Assembly (NCBI RefSeq): GCF_009914755.1
Contig: NC_060937.1
Direction: 5' to 3' (one strand)
DNA from: the human T2T-CHM13v2.0 reference genome, Homo sapiens
Length of the DNA stretch: 64,000 nucleotides
The notes beneath the pieces are model-generated. The model saw nothing but the letters and a program-made list of their open reading frames with translations. It had not been told where the DNA came from and did not search any database. This document shows positions 13,001-27,699 of this stretch, piece after piece. Position 1 is the stretch's first letter; each line of letters opens with the position of its first letter. Both the position numbers and the translations under genes were made by a program.

Positions 13001-14918
13001 AATGAAATGGACTGGAATTCAGTGGAGTGGAGTGGAATGGAATGAAATGGAGTGGGATACAATGGAATGGAATGGAATGGAATGGAATGGAATGGAATGG
13101 AATGGAATGGAATGGAATAGGGTGGAATGCATTGGGATGGATTGGAATGGAGTAGAGTGGAGTGAAGTGGGATGGAACGGAGTGGAGTGGAAAGGATTGG
13201 AACGGAATGTAATGTAATGGAATGGAATGAAACAGAGTGGAATGGAATGGAATTGAATGGAGAGGAATGTAGAGGAGTGAAGTGGAATGGAATGGAATGT
13301 ATTGAAATGTAATGGAATGGAGATGAATGTGATGTAGTGCAATGTAATGGAATAGAATGGGATGGAATAGAGTAGCATGGAGTGGAATGAAACGGAATGG
13401 AAGCGTATGGAATGGAATTTAATTGAATGGAATGCAATGGAACGGAATGGAATGCTGTGGAATGGAATGGAATGTGCTGGAAATGAATGGAGTGGAATGT
13501 TATATGGTGGAGTGGAGTGGAATGGAATGGACTGGATTGGAGTGGAATGGAATGGAATGGAATGTAAAGGAGGGGAAACAACTGGAATGGTATGGAATGG
13601 AATGTAATGGAATGGAGTGAAGTGGAAGGGAATGGAATGGAAGCGAACAGAGTGGAATGTAATGGAATGGAGTGGAGAGGAACGGAGTGGAGTGGAATGG
13701 AATGGAGTATAATGTGGTGGAGTGGAGTGGATGGGAATGGAATGCAATGGAGTGGAATGGAACGGAACGGAGAGGAGGGGAATGGAATGGAAGAGAATGG
13801 CATGCAGTGGAGTGGAACGGAATGGAATGGAAAGAAATGGAATGGAATGGAATAAAGTGGAATGGAATCGAGTGGGGCGGAGTGGAATGGAATGGACAGG
13901 AATGGTATGGAATGGAATGTAGTGGAAGGGAATGGCATGAAATGGAGTGGAGGGGAATGGAGTGGAATGGAATGGAGTGGAATGGAGTGGAGTGCAAGGG
14001 AGTGTAATGAAGTGGAGAGGAATGGAAGGGAATGGAATGGATTGTAGCGGAATGGAATGGAATGGAATTGAGTGGATAGGACTGGAATGGAGTCCAATGG
14101 AGTGGAGTGGAATGGAAAGGAGTGGAATGAAATGGAGTGGAAGGGAGTTGAGCGGAATGGAATGTAAAGGATTGGAAAGGAATTGAGTGTAGTTTAATGG
14201 AATTGAACCGAATGGGGTGGAGTGGAGTTGAGTGGGGTCAAATGGAGGGGAATGGAATGGAATGTAATGGAATGGAAGGGAATTGAATGGAAATGATTGG
14301 AGTGTAGTGGAGTGGAATGGAGGGTAGTGGAGTGGAGAGCTATGGAATGGAATTGAATGGAGTGGAATGGAATTGAGTGGAATTGAATGAAATGGAATGG
14401 AGTGAAATGGAATGAAACGGAGTGGAGTGGAAGGGAATGGAATGGAATGGAATGGAATGAAACGGAGTGGAATGGAATGGAATGGAATGGAATGGAATGG
14501 AGTGGAATGGAATGGAATGGAATGGAGTGGAGTGGAGTAGAATGGAGTGGAATGCAATGGAGTGAAGGGGAGTGGAATGGAATTGTTTGGAGAGAATTGG
14601 AATGGAATGGATTGTAATCGAGTAGTGTGGAATGGAATGGAATGCAGTGTAGAGGAATGGAACATAATGGAGTGGAATGGAATGAATTGGAGTGGAATGG
14701 AACTGAGAGGAGTGGAATGGAATGGAAACGAATGGAATGGAATGGAATGGAATGAAATTGAGTGGAACGCAATGGAGTGGGGATGAGTGGAATGGAATGG
14801 ACTGAAGTGGAATGGAATGGTATGGAATGGAATAGAATAGAATGGAATGGGACGGAATTTAACGCATTGGAATGGAGTGGAATGGAGTGGAGTGAAATGG
14901 ATTGTAATGGAATGGAAT

Positions 14919-15157
14919 GGATACAATGGAATGGACTGTAATGGAATGCAGTGGAATGGAGTGGAATGGAGTGGAATGGAGTGCAGTGGAGTGGAGTGGA
15001 GGGGAGTGGAATGTAATGGAGTGGAGTGGAATGGAATGGGATACAATGGAATGGACTGTAATGGAATGCAGTGGAATGGAGTGGAATGGAGTGGAATGGA
15101 GTGCAGTGGAGTGGAGTGGAGGGGAGTGGAATGTAATGGAGTGGAGTGGAATGGAAT
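14919..15157 (+). repeat. Perfect 120-bp tandem duplication
   Basis: Lines starting 14941 and 15061 are identical; ggatacaatggaatggactgta occurs at 14919 and 15039. Confidence 0.92.
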
Positions 15158-18100
15158 AAAATGGAATGGATTGGAAAGGAACAGAGTGGTGTGGAGTGGG
15201 GTCGAATGGAATGAAACTGAAAAGAATGGAATGGAATGGAATGGAATGGAATAGGTTGGAGTGGAGTGGAGTGGAATGGAATCAATGGAGAGGAATGTAC
15301 TGGAGTGAAACGGAAAGGAATGGAGTGGAGTGTAATGGTATGAGGTGGAATGGAATGGAGTGGAATGGATTTCATTGGAGAGGAATGGAATGGAGTAGAA
15401 TGGAATGGACTGGAGTTGAGTGGAGTGTGTTCGAGTAGATGGTATTTGAATGGAATGGAATATAATGGGGTGGACTGGAGTGCAACGGAGTGGAGTGGAG
15501 TGGAGTTGAGTGGAATGTGTTCGAGTGGATGGTATTGGAATGGAATGGAATGGAAAGGGGTGGAATGGAGTGTAGTGTAGTGCAGTGGAGTGGGTTCGAT
15601 TGGATGATAATTGAATGGAATGTAGTGGCGTGGAATGGAGTGGAGTGGAGAGGAATGGATTTGAAAGGATTGCAGTGGAAAGGAATGCATCGGGGTGTAG
15701 TGGAATGTAAAGGAATGCAGTGGAATGGAATTGAATGTTATGGAATTGAATGGAGTGTAGAGAAATTGAATGGAATGGAATGGAATGGAAGGGAATGGAA
15801 TGGAAGGGAATAGAATGGAGTGGAATGGTGTGGAAGGGAATGGAATTTAAAGGATTTGAGTGGATTGTAGTGGAGTGGAGTGGAATGGAATTGTGTGGAA
15901 TGGAATGGATTGCAATGGAATGGAGTGGAAGGGAATGGAGTGGTGTGGAGTAGAATGGATTGGAATTAAATGCAATGGAATGGAATGGAGTGGAATGGAA
16001 CAGAATGGAATGGAGTGGAATGGAATGGAATGGAGTGGAATGGAGTGGAGTGGATTGGAATGGAATGGAGTGGAATGGAGGGGAGTGCAATGGAATGGAA
16101 CGGTGTGGAGTGGAGTGTAATGGAACGGAGTGGAATAGAATGTAATGGAATGCAATGGCTTGGAATGGAGTGGAATGGAACGGAATGACAAGGAATGGAA
16201 TGGAATGGAAAAGAACGGAAAGGAAGGGAGTGGAATGGAATGGAATGGAATGGAAGGGAATGCAGTGGAATGGAAATTAAAGGAATGGAATGGAATGGAA
16301 TGGAATGGAGTGGAATGGAGTGGAGTTCAGTGGAGTAGAATGGAATGGTGTAGAGTGGAGTGGAATGCAATGGAATGGAATGGAAAGGAGTGGAGAGGAA
16401 TGGAGTGGTGTGGAATGGAATGGAATGATATGGAATGGAATCGAATGGTGTGTAAAGAAATTGTAGGGAAAAGAGAGAAGAGATGTGGAGTGGAATGGAA
16501 TGGAGTGAATGTAGTGGAGTGGAGTGGTTTGTAATGGAGTGTAATGGAAAGGAAAGGATAGGAGTGGAGTGGAAAGGAGTGGAATGGAATGGAAAGGAAT
16601 GGAATAAAAGGGCATGGAATGGAATGGAGTCCGGTTGAGTGGAATGGAATAGAGTGGAGTGGAATGGAAAGGAATGGAATGAAATGGAATGGAATTGAGT
16701 GGAGTGGAGTGGAGTGTAATGGAGTGCCATCGAGTGGAATGGAATTGAATGGAATATAATGGAATAGACTCGAATGGAATGGAATGCAGCGGAATGGAGT
16801 CTAGTGGAGTAGAATGGAATGGAGCGGAATGGAGCGGAATGGAATGGATTGGAGTGAAAAGAATGGAATTGAATGGATTGGAATAGAATAGAGTGGAATA
16901 TACTGCAGTGGAAAGGAATGGATTGGAGTGAAAAGAATGGACTGGAACGGATTGGAGTGGAATAGAGTGGAATGTAGTGCAGTAGAATGGAATTGATTGG
17001 TATGGAATGGAGTTGAATGGAATTGCGTGTAGTGGAAAGGAAGGGAATGGAATGGAATGGAATGGAGTGGAGTGGAGTACAGTGGAGTGGAGTGGGGTCG
17101 AATGGATTGTAGTCGAATGGAATGGAATGGAATGGAGTGGAAGGGAGTGGAGTGGAATGGAATGAAAGGCATTGGAAAGGAATATAATGGAATATAATGG
17201 AATGGAATGGAAAGAAATGGAATGGATGGGAATGGACTGGAATAGAGTGGAGTGGAATATACTGGAATGGAATGGAAGGAATGGAATGGTATGGAAAGGA
17301 GGGGAGTAGAGTGGAATGGAATGGAGTGGAATGGATTGGAGTGGAATGGAATGGAATGGAAAGAATGGAATGGAGGGCAGTGGAATGGATTGGATTGGAG
17401 TGGAATGGAGTGGAATGGAGTGGAGTGTAGTGAAAAGGAATGGAATGGAGTGGACTGGAATAGAGTGGTATGGAATGGAACGGAGTGCAGTGGAATGGAA
17501 TGGAATGGAATGGAATGAAATGAAATGGAATGGAGTGAAGTGGAATGGAATGGAGTTGAGGAGAATGGAATGGAATGGAAAAGAAGGAAATGGAGAGGCG
17601 GGGAGTGGAGTGGAATGCAATGAATTTCAATGGAGTTGAGTGGATTGGAATGGAACAGAATGCAGTGGAATGGAATGGAATGAAATGGAAAGTAGTGGAA
17701 TGGAATCTAACGGAAAGGAGTGGAATGGAATGGAATGGAATACAATGGAATGGAGTGGAATGGAGAGGAGTGGAGTGGAGTGAAGTGGAATGGAATGGAA
17801 TCGAATAGATTGGAATGCAGTGTAGTGGGTTGGGGTGGAATGCAATGGAGTGGAGGGATGCGGATTGGAAAGGAATGGAATGGAAAGGAATAGAAGAGAA
17901 TGAAATGGATTGGAGTGGAGTGTAGTGGAATGGAATGAAATGGAATGGAGTGGAATGGAATGTAGTGGGGTGGAGTGTAATGGAATGGAGTAGAGTGAAG
18001 TGGAAGGGAATGGAATGGAGTGGAATGCAATGGAATGGAGTTGGGTGGAGTTGAATGGAGAGGAAAGTAGAGAAATGGAATTGAGTGGAATGAAAGTGAT

Positions 18101-21100
18101 AAGAGTGGAATGGAGTGGAATGGAATGGAATGGAATGAAAGGGATAAGAATGGAATGAAGAGAAATGGAATGAAATGGAATGGAGTGCAATGGAGGAGAT
18201 TGGACTGGAGTGGAGTGGAGTGGAGTGGATTGGGGTAGAGTGGGGAGGAATGGAGTGGAAAAGAATGGAGTAGAGTTGAGTGGAATGGAATGGATTGGAG
18301 TGGATTTGAGTGGAATGGAATGGACTGGAATGGAATGGAATGGAATGGAATGATGTGGAATGGAATGGAGTGGAGAGGAGTGGAGTGGAATGAAGAGGAG
18401 AGGACTGGAATGGAATGGAATGGCATGAAACGGAATGGAACGGAATGGAATGGAGAGGAGGGGATTGGAGTGAATTGGAATGGAGTGGAAGGTAGTGGAG
18501 TGCAGTGGATTGGAATAGAATATAGTCGAATGGAAAGGAAAGGAATGGAACGGAATGTAATGGAGTGGAGTGGTGTTGAATGGAATTGAGTGGAGTGGAA
18601 GTCATGGAATGGAATGGAGTGGACTGGAGAGGAGTTGGGTCGAGTGAAATGGAATGGAATGGAGTGGAGTGGAATGGAATGAAATTCAATGGAATGGAAT
18701 GAAATGGAATGGATAGGAAAGGAGTGGAATGATCAGAATGGAATGGATTTGAATGGAATGGAATGGAATGTAGAGGAATGGAGTGGAATTGGGTGGAGTG
18801 CAATGGAATGGAGTGGAGTAATGTGGCATGGCACGGAATGGAATGGAAAGGAATAGAACGGAATGAAATGGATTGGAGTGGAGTGGAGTGAAATGGAGTG
18901 GAGAGGAGTGAAATGGAAAGGAATGGAATGGAATAGAATAGAATGGAATGGAGTAAATTTGAATGGAATGGGATGGAGTGGAGTGGAATGGAATGGAATG
19001 GAGTGGAGAGGAGTGGAATGGAATTTAGTGGAGTGGAAGATCATGGAATAGAATGGAGTGGAGTGGAGTGGGGTCGAGTAAAATGGAATGGAATGGAGTG
19101 GAGTGCAGTGGAATGGAATACAATGGAATGGATTGGAAAGGAATGGAATGGAATGGAGTGGAGTGGAATGAAAATCCATGGAGTAGAGTGGAATGGAATG
19201 GAGTGGAATGGAATGGAGTGTAACGAAATGGAATGGAATGGAATAGAGTGGAATGGAATGGAATTCAACTGAACGGAATGGAATGCATTGGAATGGAATG
19301 GAATTCAATTGAATGGAATGGAATGCAATGGAATGGAATGGAAAGGAATTGAATTCCGTGGAATGGAATGGAATTGACTGAAATGTAATGGAATGAAGTG
19401 GAATGGAGGGGAATGGAATGGCATGAATGGGAGTGGAATGGAACGTTATGTAATGGAATGGAATGGCATAGAGTGGAGTGGAGTGGAATGGAATGGAGTG
19501 GAGTGGAATGGAATGGAGTGGTGTGGAATGAAATGGAATGGAGTGGAATGGAGTGGAGCGTAATGGAATGTAATGGAAAGGAATGGAAACGAATAGAATG
19601 AAATGGAATGGAATGGAATGGAATGGAATGGAGTGGAAGGTAAAGGAGGGGAGTGGAGTGTAAAGGAGTGGAATGGACTGGAATCGAATGAAATGGAAAG
19701 AATAGGAGTGGAATGGAATGGAGTGGAATGCAATTGATTTAAGTTGAGTGGAATGGAGTGGAGTGGAATGCAAGGGAATGGAGTGTGTTGGAAAGGAATG
19801 GAATGAAATGGAGTGGAGTGCAATGAATTGGTATGGAATGGAATGGAGTGTAGGGGAATTGAATGGAATGGAGTGGAATGGAAAGGAATGGAATGGGGAG
19901 GACGGGAGTGGGGTGGAATGGAATGGAATGAAGTGAAGTGGAAAGGAATGGAACTGAATGGAGAGGAGTGGAATGGAACGGAGTGGAATGGATTTGAGTG
20001 GAATGGAATGTAGTGGATTGGAATGGAATGGAGTGGAATGGAGTGCAGTGGAATGGAAGGGAACAGAGTGGAGTGGAAAGGAATTGAAAGGAACGGAATG
20101 AAGTGGAATGGAACGGAGTGGAAAAGAATGGAACCGAACAATGTGGAATTGAAAGGAGTGGAGTGGAATGGAATGGAATGGAAAGAAGGGGAGTAGAGAG
20201 CAAATGAATGGAGTGGAATGGAGTGGAGTCGAATGGAATGGAAAGGAATGGAGTAGAAAGGAATTGAATGGAATGGAACGAATGGAATGGAATAGAAAGT
20301 AAAGGAATCGAATGGAGAGGAGTGGATTGGAGAGGAATGGAATGGAGTGGAATGCAGTGGAGTGGAAAGGATTGGAATGAAGTGTAGTGGAATGGAATGG
20401 AAGGGAGCAGAATGGAATGGAGTGTAGTGGAATCAAATGGAATGAAGAACAATGGAATGGAATGGAATGGAATGGAATGGAGTGGAATGGAGTGGAGTGG
20501 AATGGAATCAGATGGAGTAGAGTGAAATGGAATGGAATTCCATGGAATCGAATGGAATGGAATAGACTGGTGAAGAATGGATTGGAATGGAAACGAATGA
20601 AATGCAACAGAATGGACAGGAGTGGAATGGAAAGGAATGGAGTGGAATGGAATGGAGTGGAATGGAATGGACTGGAGTGGAAAGGAATGGAGTGGAATGG
20701 AATGGAGTGGAATTGAATGGAGTGGAGTGGAATGGAATGGAGTAGAATCTAGAGCAGTGGAATGGAATTGAACGGTGTAGAATAGAATGGAATGGAATTT
20801 TGTGGAATGGAACGGAGTGAAATGGAATGGAGTGGAGTGTATTGGAGTGGAGTGCAATGCAATGGAATGAAGTGGAATGGAATGGAGTGGAATAAAATGG
20901 AATGGAGTGTAGTGGAATTCAAAGGAGTGTAATGGAATGGAGTAGAATGGAATGGAATGGAATTAAGTGTAGTTGAATGGAATGGAATGGAGTGTAATGG
21001 AATGGAGTGGAATGGAAAGGAAAGAAGGGTAGTGCAATAGAACAGACTGGAATGGAGTGGAGTGCAAAGAAATGGAACGGAGTGGAGCGGAATGGAATGG

Positions 21101-24100
21101 AAAGGAATGGATTGGAAAGAAATGGAATGGGGTGAAGTGGAATGGAATGGAATGGAATGGAGTGGAATAGAATGAAATGGAATGGAGTGTGGTGGAGTGG
21201 AATGGAATTGAGTGGAGTTGAAAAGATTTGAATGTAATGGAATGGAGTGGAGTGGAGCGGTGTCGCGTTGCATATAATGGAATGGAGTGGAGTGATATGG
21301 AATGGAATTCAATACAATGGAATGGAATGGAACTTAGTGGAATGGAATTGAGTGGAATGGAACGGAAGGGAGTATAGTGGAATGGAATTGAACGCAAACG
21401 AACGGAAAGGAATGGAATGGAATGGGATGGAAAGGAATGAAATAGAATGGAGTGTAATGGAGTTGCGTGGAATGGAATGGTATGGAGTTGCGTGGAATGG
21501 AATGCAATTTTATGGAATGGAAAGGAATGGAATGGAAAGGAATTGAAAGGAGTGGAGTGGAGTAGAGTAGAGTGGAATCGAATGAAATGGAATGGAATGG
21601 AGTGTAATTTAACATAAAGGAGGGGAGACAAGTGGCATGGAATACAGTGGAATGGCATGGAATGGAGTGGAGTAGAATGGAATGGAAGGGAATGGAGTGG
21701 AGTGGAATCGTATGGAGTGTAATGGAATGGAATGGAGTGGAATGGAATGGAGTTGAGCGGAGCGGAATCGAGTAGAGGGGAATGGAGTAGAGTGGAATAG
21801 AATGGAATGGTGTGTGGTGGAATGGAATGGAATGGAATGGAATGGAATGGAATGGAATGGAATGGAATGGAGTCGAGTGCAATGGAGTGGTTTCGAATGG
21901 AAAGGAGTGTACTGGAATGGAATGGAAGGTAATGGAGTGTAGTGGGGAAGAATGGAGCGGAGTGGAGTGGAATGGAATGGAGTGGAATGGAGTGGAGTGG
22001 AATGGAATGGAACGGATTTGAGTTTAATGGAATGGAAGGAAATGGAATGGAATCGACTTGGGAGAAGGGGAATATGGTGGAATGGAATGGAGTTGAGTGG
22101 AATGGAATGGTGTGGAATGGAATGGAATGGAGTGGAGCGGAATGGAATGCAGTGTATTAGAGTGGAGTGGAATGGAATGGAACGGATTTGAGTGGAATGG
22201 AATGGAGTGGAGGTATATAAATTGGTATGCAATGGAATGGAATGGAATGGAATGGAAAGGAATGGAATGGAATGGAATGGAGGTTAATGGAGTGGAATGG
22301 AATGGAATGGAATGGAATGGAATGGAATGGATTGGAGTGAAATGGAATGGAATGGGAAGGAGTGCAGTTGAATGGAGTGGAGTGGAGTGGAAAGGAATGG
22401 AATGGAATGGAATGGAGGGGACGGAATGGAATGTAACGGAATGTAGAAGAGGGGAGTGGAGTGGAATGTAATGGAGTGGAATGTAGTGGAGAGTAGTGAT
22501 TTGAATGGAATGGGGTGGAATGGAATGGAATGCAGTCGAAAGGAATGGAGTGGAGTGGAATGGCATGGAATGGAGTAGAATGAAATGGATTAGAATGGAA
22601 TGGAGTGGAATGGAATGGAACGTATTGTGGAGGAATGGAATGGAATGAAATGGAGTGGAATGGAGTGAAATGGAGTGGAATGGTGTGGAGTGGAATGGAA
22701 TAGATTGGAGTGGATTGGTGTGGAATGGAATTGAATGGAGTAGAGTGGAATGGAATGGAGTGGAATGGAGTGGAGTGGAATGGAGTGGATTGGAATGGAG
22801 TTGAGTGGAGTGGAATGGAATGTAATGGAGAGGAGCTGAGTTGAGTGGAAAGGGATGGAGTGGAGTGGAATGGAATGGAATGGAATTTTGTTAGAATTCA
22901 ATGGAATGGAATGTAGTGGAGTGGAATCTGATGGAATGGATTGGAATTGAATGGAATGCAATCCAATGGAATGGAGTGGAAAGGAGTGGAGTGGAGTGGA
23001 GTGGAGTGGAATGGAATGGAGTTAAGGCAAGTGGAACTGAATGGAATGTAGTAGAGTGGAGTGGATTGCAATGTAATGTAAAGGAATGGTATGCAAATAG
23101 TGGAATGGAATGGAATGGAATGGAATGAGTGGGGTGGAGTGGAATGCAATTAAGTGGAGTGGAAACGAATAGAATGGAATGGCATGGAATCAAATGGAAG
23201 GGAATCGATTGGATTGGATTGGGGTCCAGTGGAATGGAATGAAATGGAGTGGAGTGAAATGGAATGGAATTCAATGGAATGGAATGGCATGGAATGGATT
23301 GGAATGGAAGAGAATGGAATGGAGTGGAAAGGAATGGAACGGAATGGAGTGGAGTGGAATGGAATGAAATGGAATGGAATGGAGTGGATTGGAATGGAAC
23401 GGAATGGATCGGAGTGGAATGGAATGGAACGGAATGGAACGGAATGGAGTAGTATGGACTGGAATGGACTTGAGTGGAGTTGAATGGAATGGAACAGAAT
23501 GCAGAGGAGTGCAGAGGAATGCAATGGATTGAAATGGAATTTAGAGGAATGCAGTGGAGTGGAGTAGAATGGAAGGGAGTGGAATGGAACGCAGTGGAAA
23601 AGAATGTAACAGTGTGGAGGGTTGTGGAATTTAATGGAGTGGAATGGAATGGAATATAATGGAATGGAGTGGAACAGAATGGAACGGAAAGGAAGGGAGT
23701 GGAATGCAATCGAACAGAATGGAATGGAGTGGAATGGAATGGAACGGTGTGGAGTAGAACGGAATGGAGTGGAATAGAATTTAGTGGAATGGAATGGACT
23801 GGATTGGAGTGGAATAGAATGGAACAGGGTATAGTGGAGTGGAACTGAATAGAGTGGAATTGAATGGAGTGGAGTGGAGTGGATTGCATTGGAATGGAAT
23901 GGAATGGAGTGTAATGGAATGGAATCGAATGGAACGGAATGGGTTGGAGTGTAATGGAATGCAGTGGGATGGAATAGAGTGGAATGGAATGGAGTGGAGT
24001 GGAGTGGAGTGGAGTGGAATACAATAGAGTGGAATGGAGTGGAGTGGAGTGGAATGGAATGGAAAGGAATGGAATCGAATGGAATGGAATGGAGTGGAAT

Positions 24101-27100
24101 GGAATAGAATGGGATGGAATGGAACGGAATGGAGGGGAGTGCAATGGAATTATGTGGAGTGGAGTGGAATTTAGTGGAATGGAATGGACTGCAATGGAAT
24201 GGAATTGAGCGGAGTGGAATGGAATGGAATGGAATGAAATGGAATGGAATGGAATGGAATGCAATGGAATGGAATCAAATGGAATGGAATGGAATGGAGT
24301 TAAATGGAATGGAATGGAAAGGAATGGAATGGAACGGAATAGAGTGCAGTGCAGTGGAGTGGAAAGGAATGGATTGGAGTGTAATGGAGTGGAATGGATT
24401 TAGTGGAGTGGAGAGCAGAGGACTGGGCAAGAGTGGATTGGAGTTGAGTGGAAAGGAATAGAGTGTAGCGGAATGGAATTAAATGGAGGGTAATAGAGTG
24501 GAGTGCTATTCAAAGGAGTGGATTGGAGTGCAGTTCAATGGAATGGAGTGGAATGGAAAAGAATGTAATGGAACACAATGGAGTGGAGTGGAATGGAATA
24601 GAGTGGAATGAATTAGAGAGGAGTGGAACAGAGTGGAGAGCAGTGGAACAGAATGGAATATAGTGGAATGGAATGGTTTGGAATGAAATGGAGTGTATTG
24701 GAATGGATTAGATTGCAATGGAGGGGAATGGAATGACATTGAATTTAATGGAATGCAATGGAATTGAAAAGAAAGGAGTGGAATGGAGTGGAATGGAATG
24801 GAATGGAATGGAACTGAATGGAATGGAATTGAACGGAGTGTAATGGATTGGAGTGGAATGGAAAGGAGTGGAGCAAAGTGTAGTGGAATGGAATGGAATG
24901 CAATAGATTGGATTGGAATGGAGGGGAGTGGAATGGAATGGAGAGGAGTGGAGTGGAATGTAAAAAAGGAATGGAATGGAGTGGAGTGTGATGGATTGGA
25001 GTCGAGTGGAATGTAATAGAATGGAGTGGTGTGGAGTGGTTTGGAGTGGATTTGAATGTAGTGCTGTGGAATAGAATGGAGTGCAGAGCAGTTTAGTGGA
25101 AATGAATGGATTCGAGTGGATTGGAATGCAGCAAAATTGGGAGAAGTGGAATGGAATGGAGTGGAGAGGTATGGGAGGGAATGGAGTGGAATAGAGTGGG
25201 AGGGAATGGAGTGGATTGGAGAGTGGTGGAATGAGTAGGAGTGGAGTGGAATGGAATGGACAGGAGTGGTGTGGAGTGGAATGGAATGGAGTAGAAAGGA
25301 AAGGACTGGAGAGGAATGGAATGGAATGGAGTGGAGTGGAATGGAGGGGAATGGAGTGGAGTGGAACGGATTGGAAAGGAATAGAGTGGAGTGGAATAGA
25401 GTGGAGTGGAATGGAATTTAGTAGTATGGAGTGGAGTGGAGTGGAGTGGAGTGGAATGGAATGGAATACAATGGAGTGCAATGGAGTGGAGTGGAGTGGA
25501 GTGGAATGGAGTGGAATGGTGTGGAATGGACTGGAATAGAATTTAATGGAATGGAATGGAGTGGAGCCGAGTGGAGTGGAGTGGAGTGGAATAGATTGGA
25601 ATGGACTGGAATATAATTTAATGGAATGGAATGGAGTGGAGCAGAGTGGAGTGGAGTGGAGTGGAATAGAGTGTAGTGTAGTGGAAAGGAATGGATTGGA
25701 ATGGAATGGAATGGAATGGATTTAAACGGAATGGAGTGGAATGGAATGGATTAGAATGGAATGGAGTGCAGTGGATTTGAATAGAATGGAATGGAATGAA
25801 GTGGAAGGGAATAGAATGGAATGGAATGGAGTGGATTGGAATGCAATGGAATGGAATGGAGAGGAATGGAATGGAGAGGAGTGGATAGGAGTGGAGTGGA
25901 ATAGAACGGAGGGGATTAGAGTGGAATGGAGTGGAGTGGACTGGAATGGAATGGAGTGAAGTGGAATGGAGTGGAATGGAATGGAGTGGAATGCAGTGGA
26001 GTAGAGTTTAGTGTACTGGAATGGAATGGAATGGATTAGAGTGTAGTGGAGTGAGTGGAGTGGAGTGGAGTGGAATGGAATGGAATGGAAGGAATGGAAT
26101 GGAATGGAATGGATTGGAGTGGAAAGAAGTGGAGTGGAATGGAATGGAATGGAATGGAGTGGAATGTAATGGAAGGGAATGGAATGTAATCGAGTGGAGT
26201 GGAATGGAATGGAATGGATTCGAATGTAATGTAATGGAGTGGAGAAGAGTGGAGTGGAGTGGAATGGCATGGAATGGAATTTAATTGAATGGAATGGAGT
26301 GGAGTGGAGTGGAATGGAGTGGAGTGGAGTGGAATGGAATTGAGTGGAATGGTATCGATTGGAATTGAATGGGGTGGAGTGGAGTGGAGTGAAAAGGGGT
26401 AGGATGTAATGGAGTGGAGTGGAGTAGAGAAGATTGGAGTGGAGAGGACTTGCATGGAATGGAATGGAGTTAAATGGAATGGAGTGAAATGGAACCGAAT
26501 GGAATGGAATGGAATAGAATGGAGTGAAGTGGAGTGGAATGGAATGTAATGGAATGGATTGGAATGGAAGGAATGGAGTTGAGTGGAGTTGAATGGAATG
26601 GAGTGGAGTGGAGTGGAAATGAGTAGAGTTGAGTGGAATTGAGTGACATGAAGTGGAGGGGAGTGGAGTTTATTGAGGTGGAATTCAGTGGAACATAATG
26701 GAAGAAAATGAATTGAATGGAATGGAGTTAAATGAAATGGAGTGTAATGGAATGGAGTGGAATGGAATGGATTGCAGTGGCATGGAATGGAATGGAGTGG
26801 ATTTTAATGGAATGAAATGGAATGGAATGGAATGGAATGGGGTGGAGTGGAGCCGAGTGGAAAGGAATGGAGTATAGTCTTGCCGAGTTGAGTGAAGTGA
26901 AGTGGAGTGGAGTGGAATGGAATGGAATGAAGTGGAGTGCACTGGAGTGGAGTGGAATGGAATTGAGTGGAATTGAGTGGAATGATATGGAATGGAATGG
27001 AGTGGAATAGAGTGGAGTGGAATGGGATGGGATGTAATGGAGTGGAGTGATGTGCAGAAGAGTGGAGTGGAGAGGAATTGCATGGAATGGAATGGAATGA

Positions 27101-27699
27101 AATGGAGTTAAATGGGATGGAGTGGAACGGTATGGAGTGGAATTGAATGAAACGAAATGGAGTGGAGTGGAATGGAATGGAATGGAATATATTGGAATGG
27201 AGTTGAGTGGAGTTGAATGGAATGGAGTGGAGTGGAGTGAAACAGTGTGGGGTGGAATGGAGTGGAGTGGAGTAGAGAGAAGTGGAATGGAATGCAGTAG
27301 AGTGGAATGGAATGGAGTGGAGTGGAGTGGAATTCAGTGGAATGAAGTGGAGTGGATTTCAGTGAGGTGGAGTCAAGTGGAAGAGAATGGAATGGAAAGG
27401 AATGGAATGGAATGGAATCGAATGGAATGGAACGGAATGGAGTTAAATGAAATGGAGTGGAATGGAATGGAGTGGAACGGAATGGAGTGCAGTGGCATGG
27501 AATGGAATGGAGTGGAGTGGAATGGAATGAAAGTGGATGGAATGGAATGGGGTGGATTGGAGTAGAGTGGAATAAAATGGAGTAGAGTCTTGTAGAGTTG
27601 ATTGAAGTGGAGTGGAATGGAGTGGGAAGGAATGGAATGGAGTGGGGTGGAGAGGATTGGAGTGGAATGGAATGGAGTGTAGTGAAATGGAGTGGAGTC

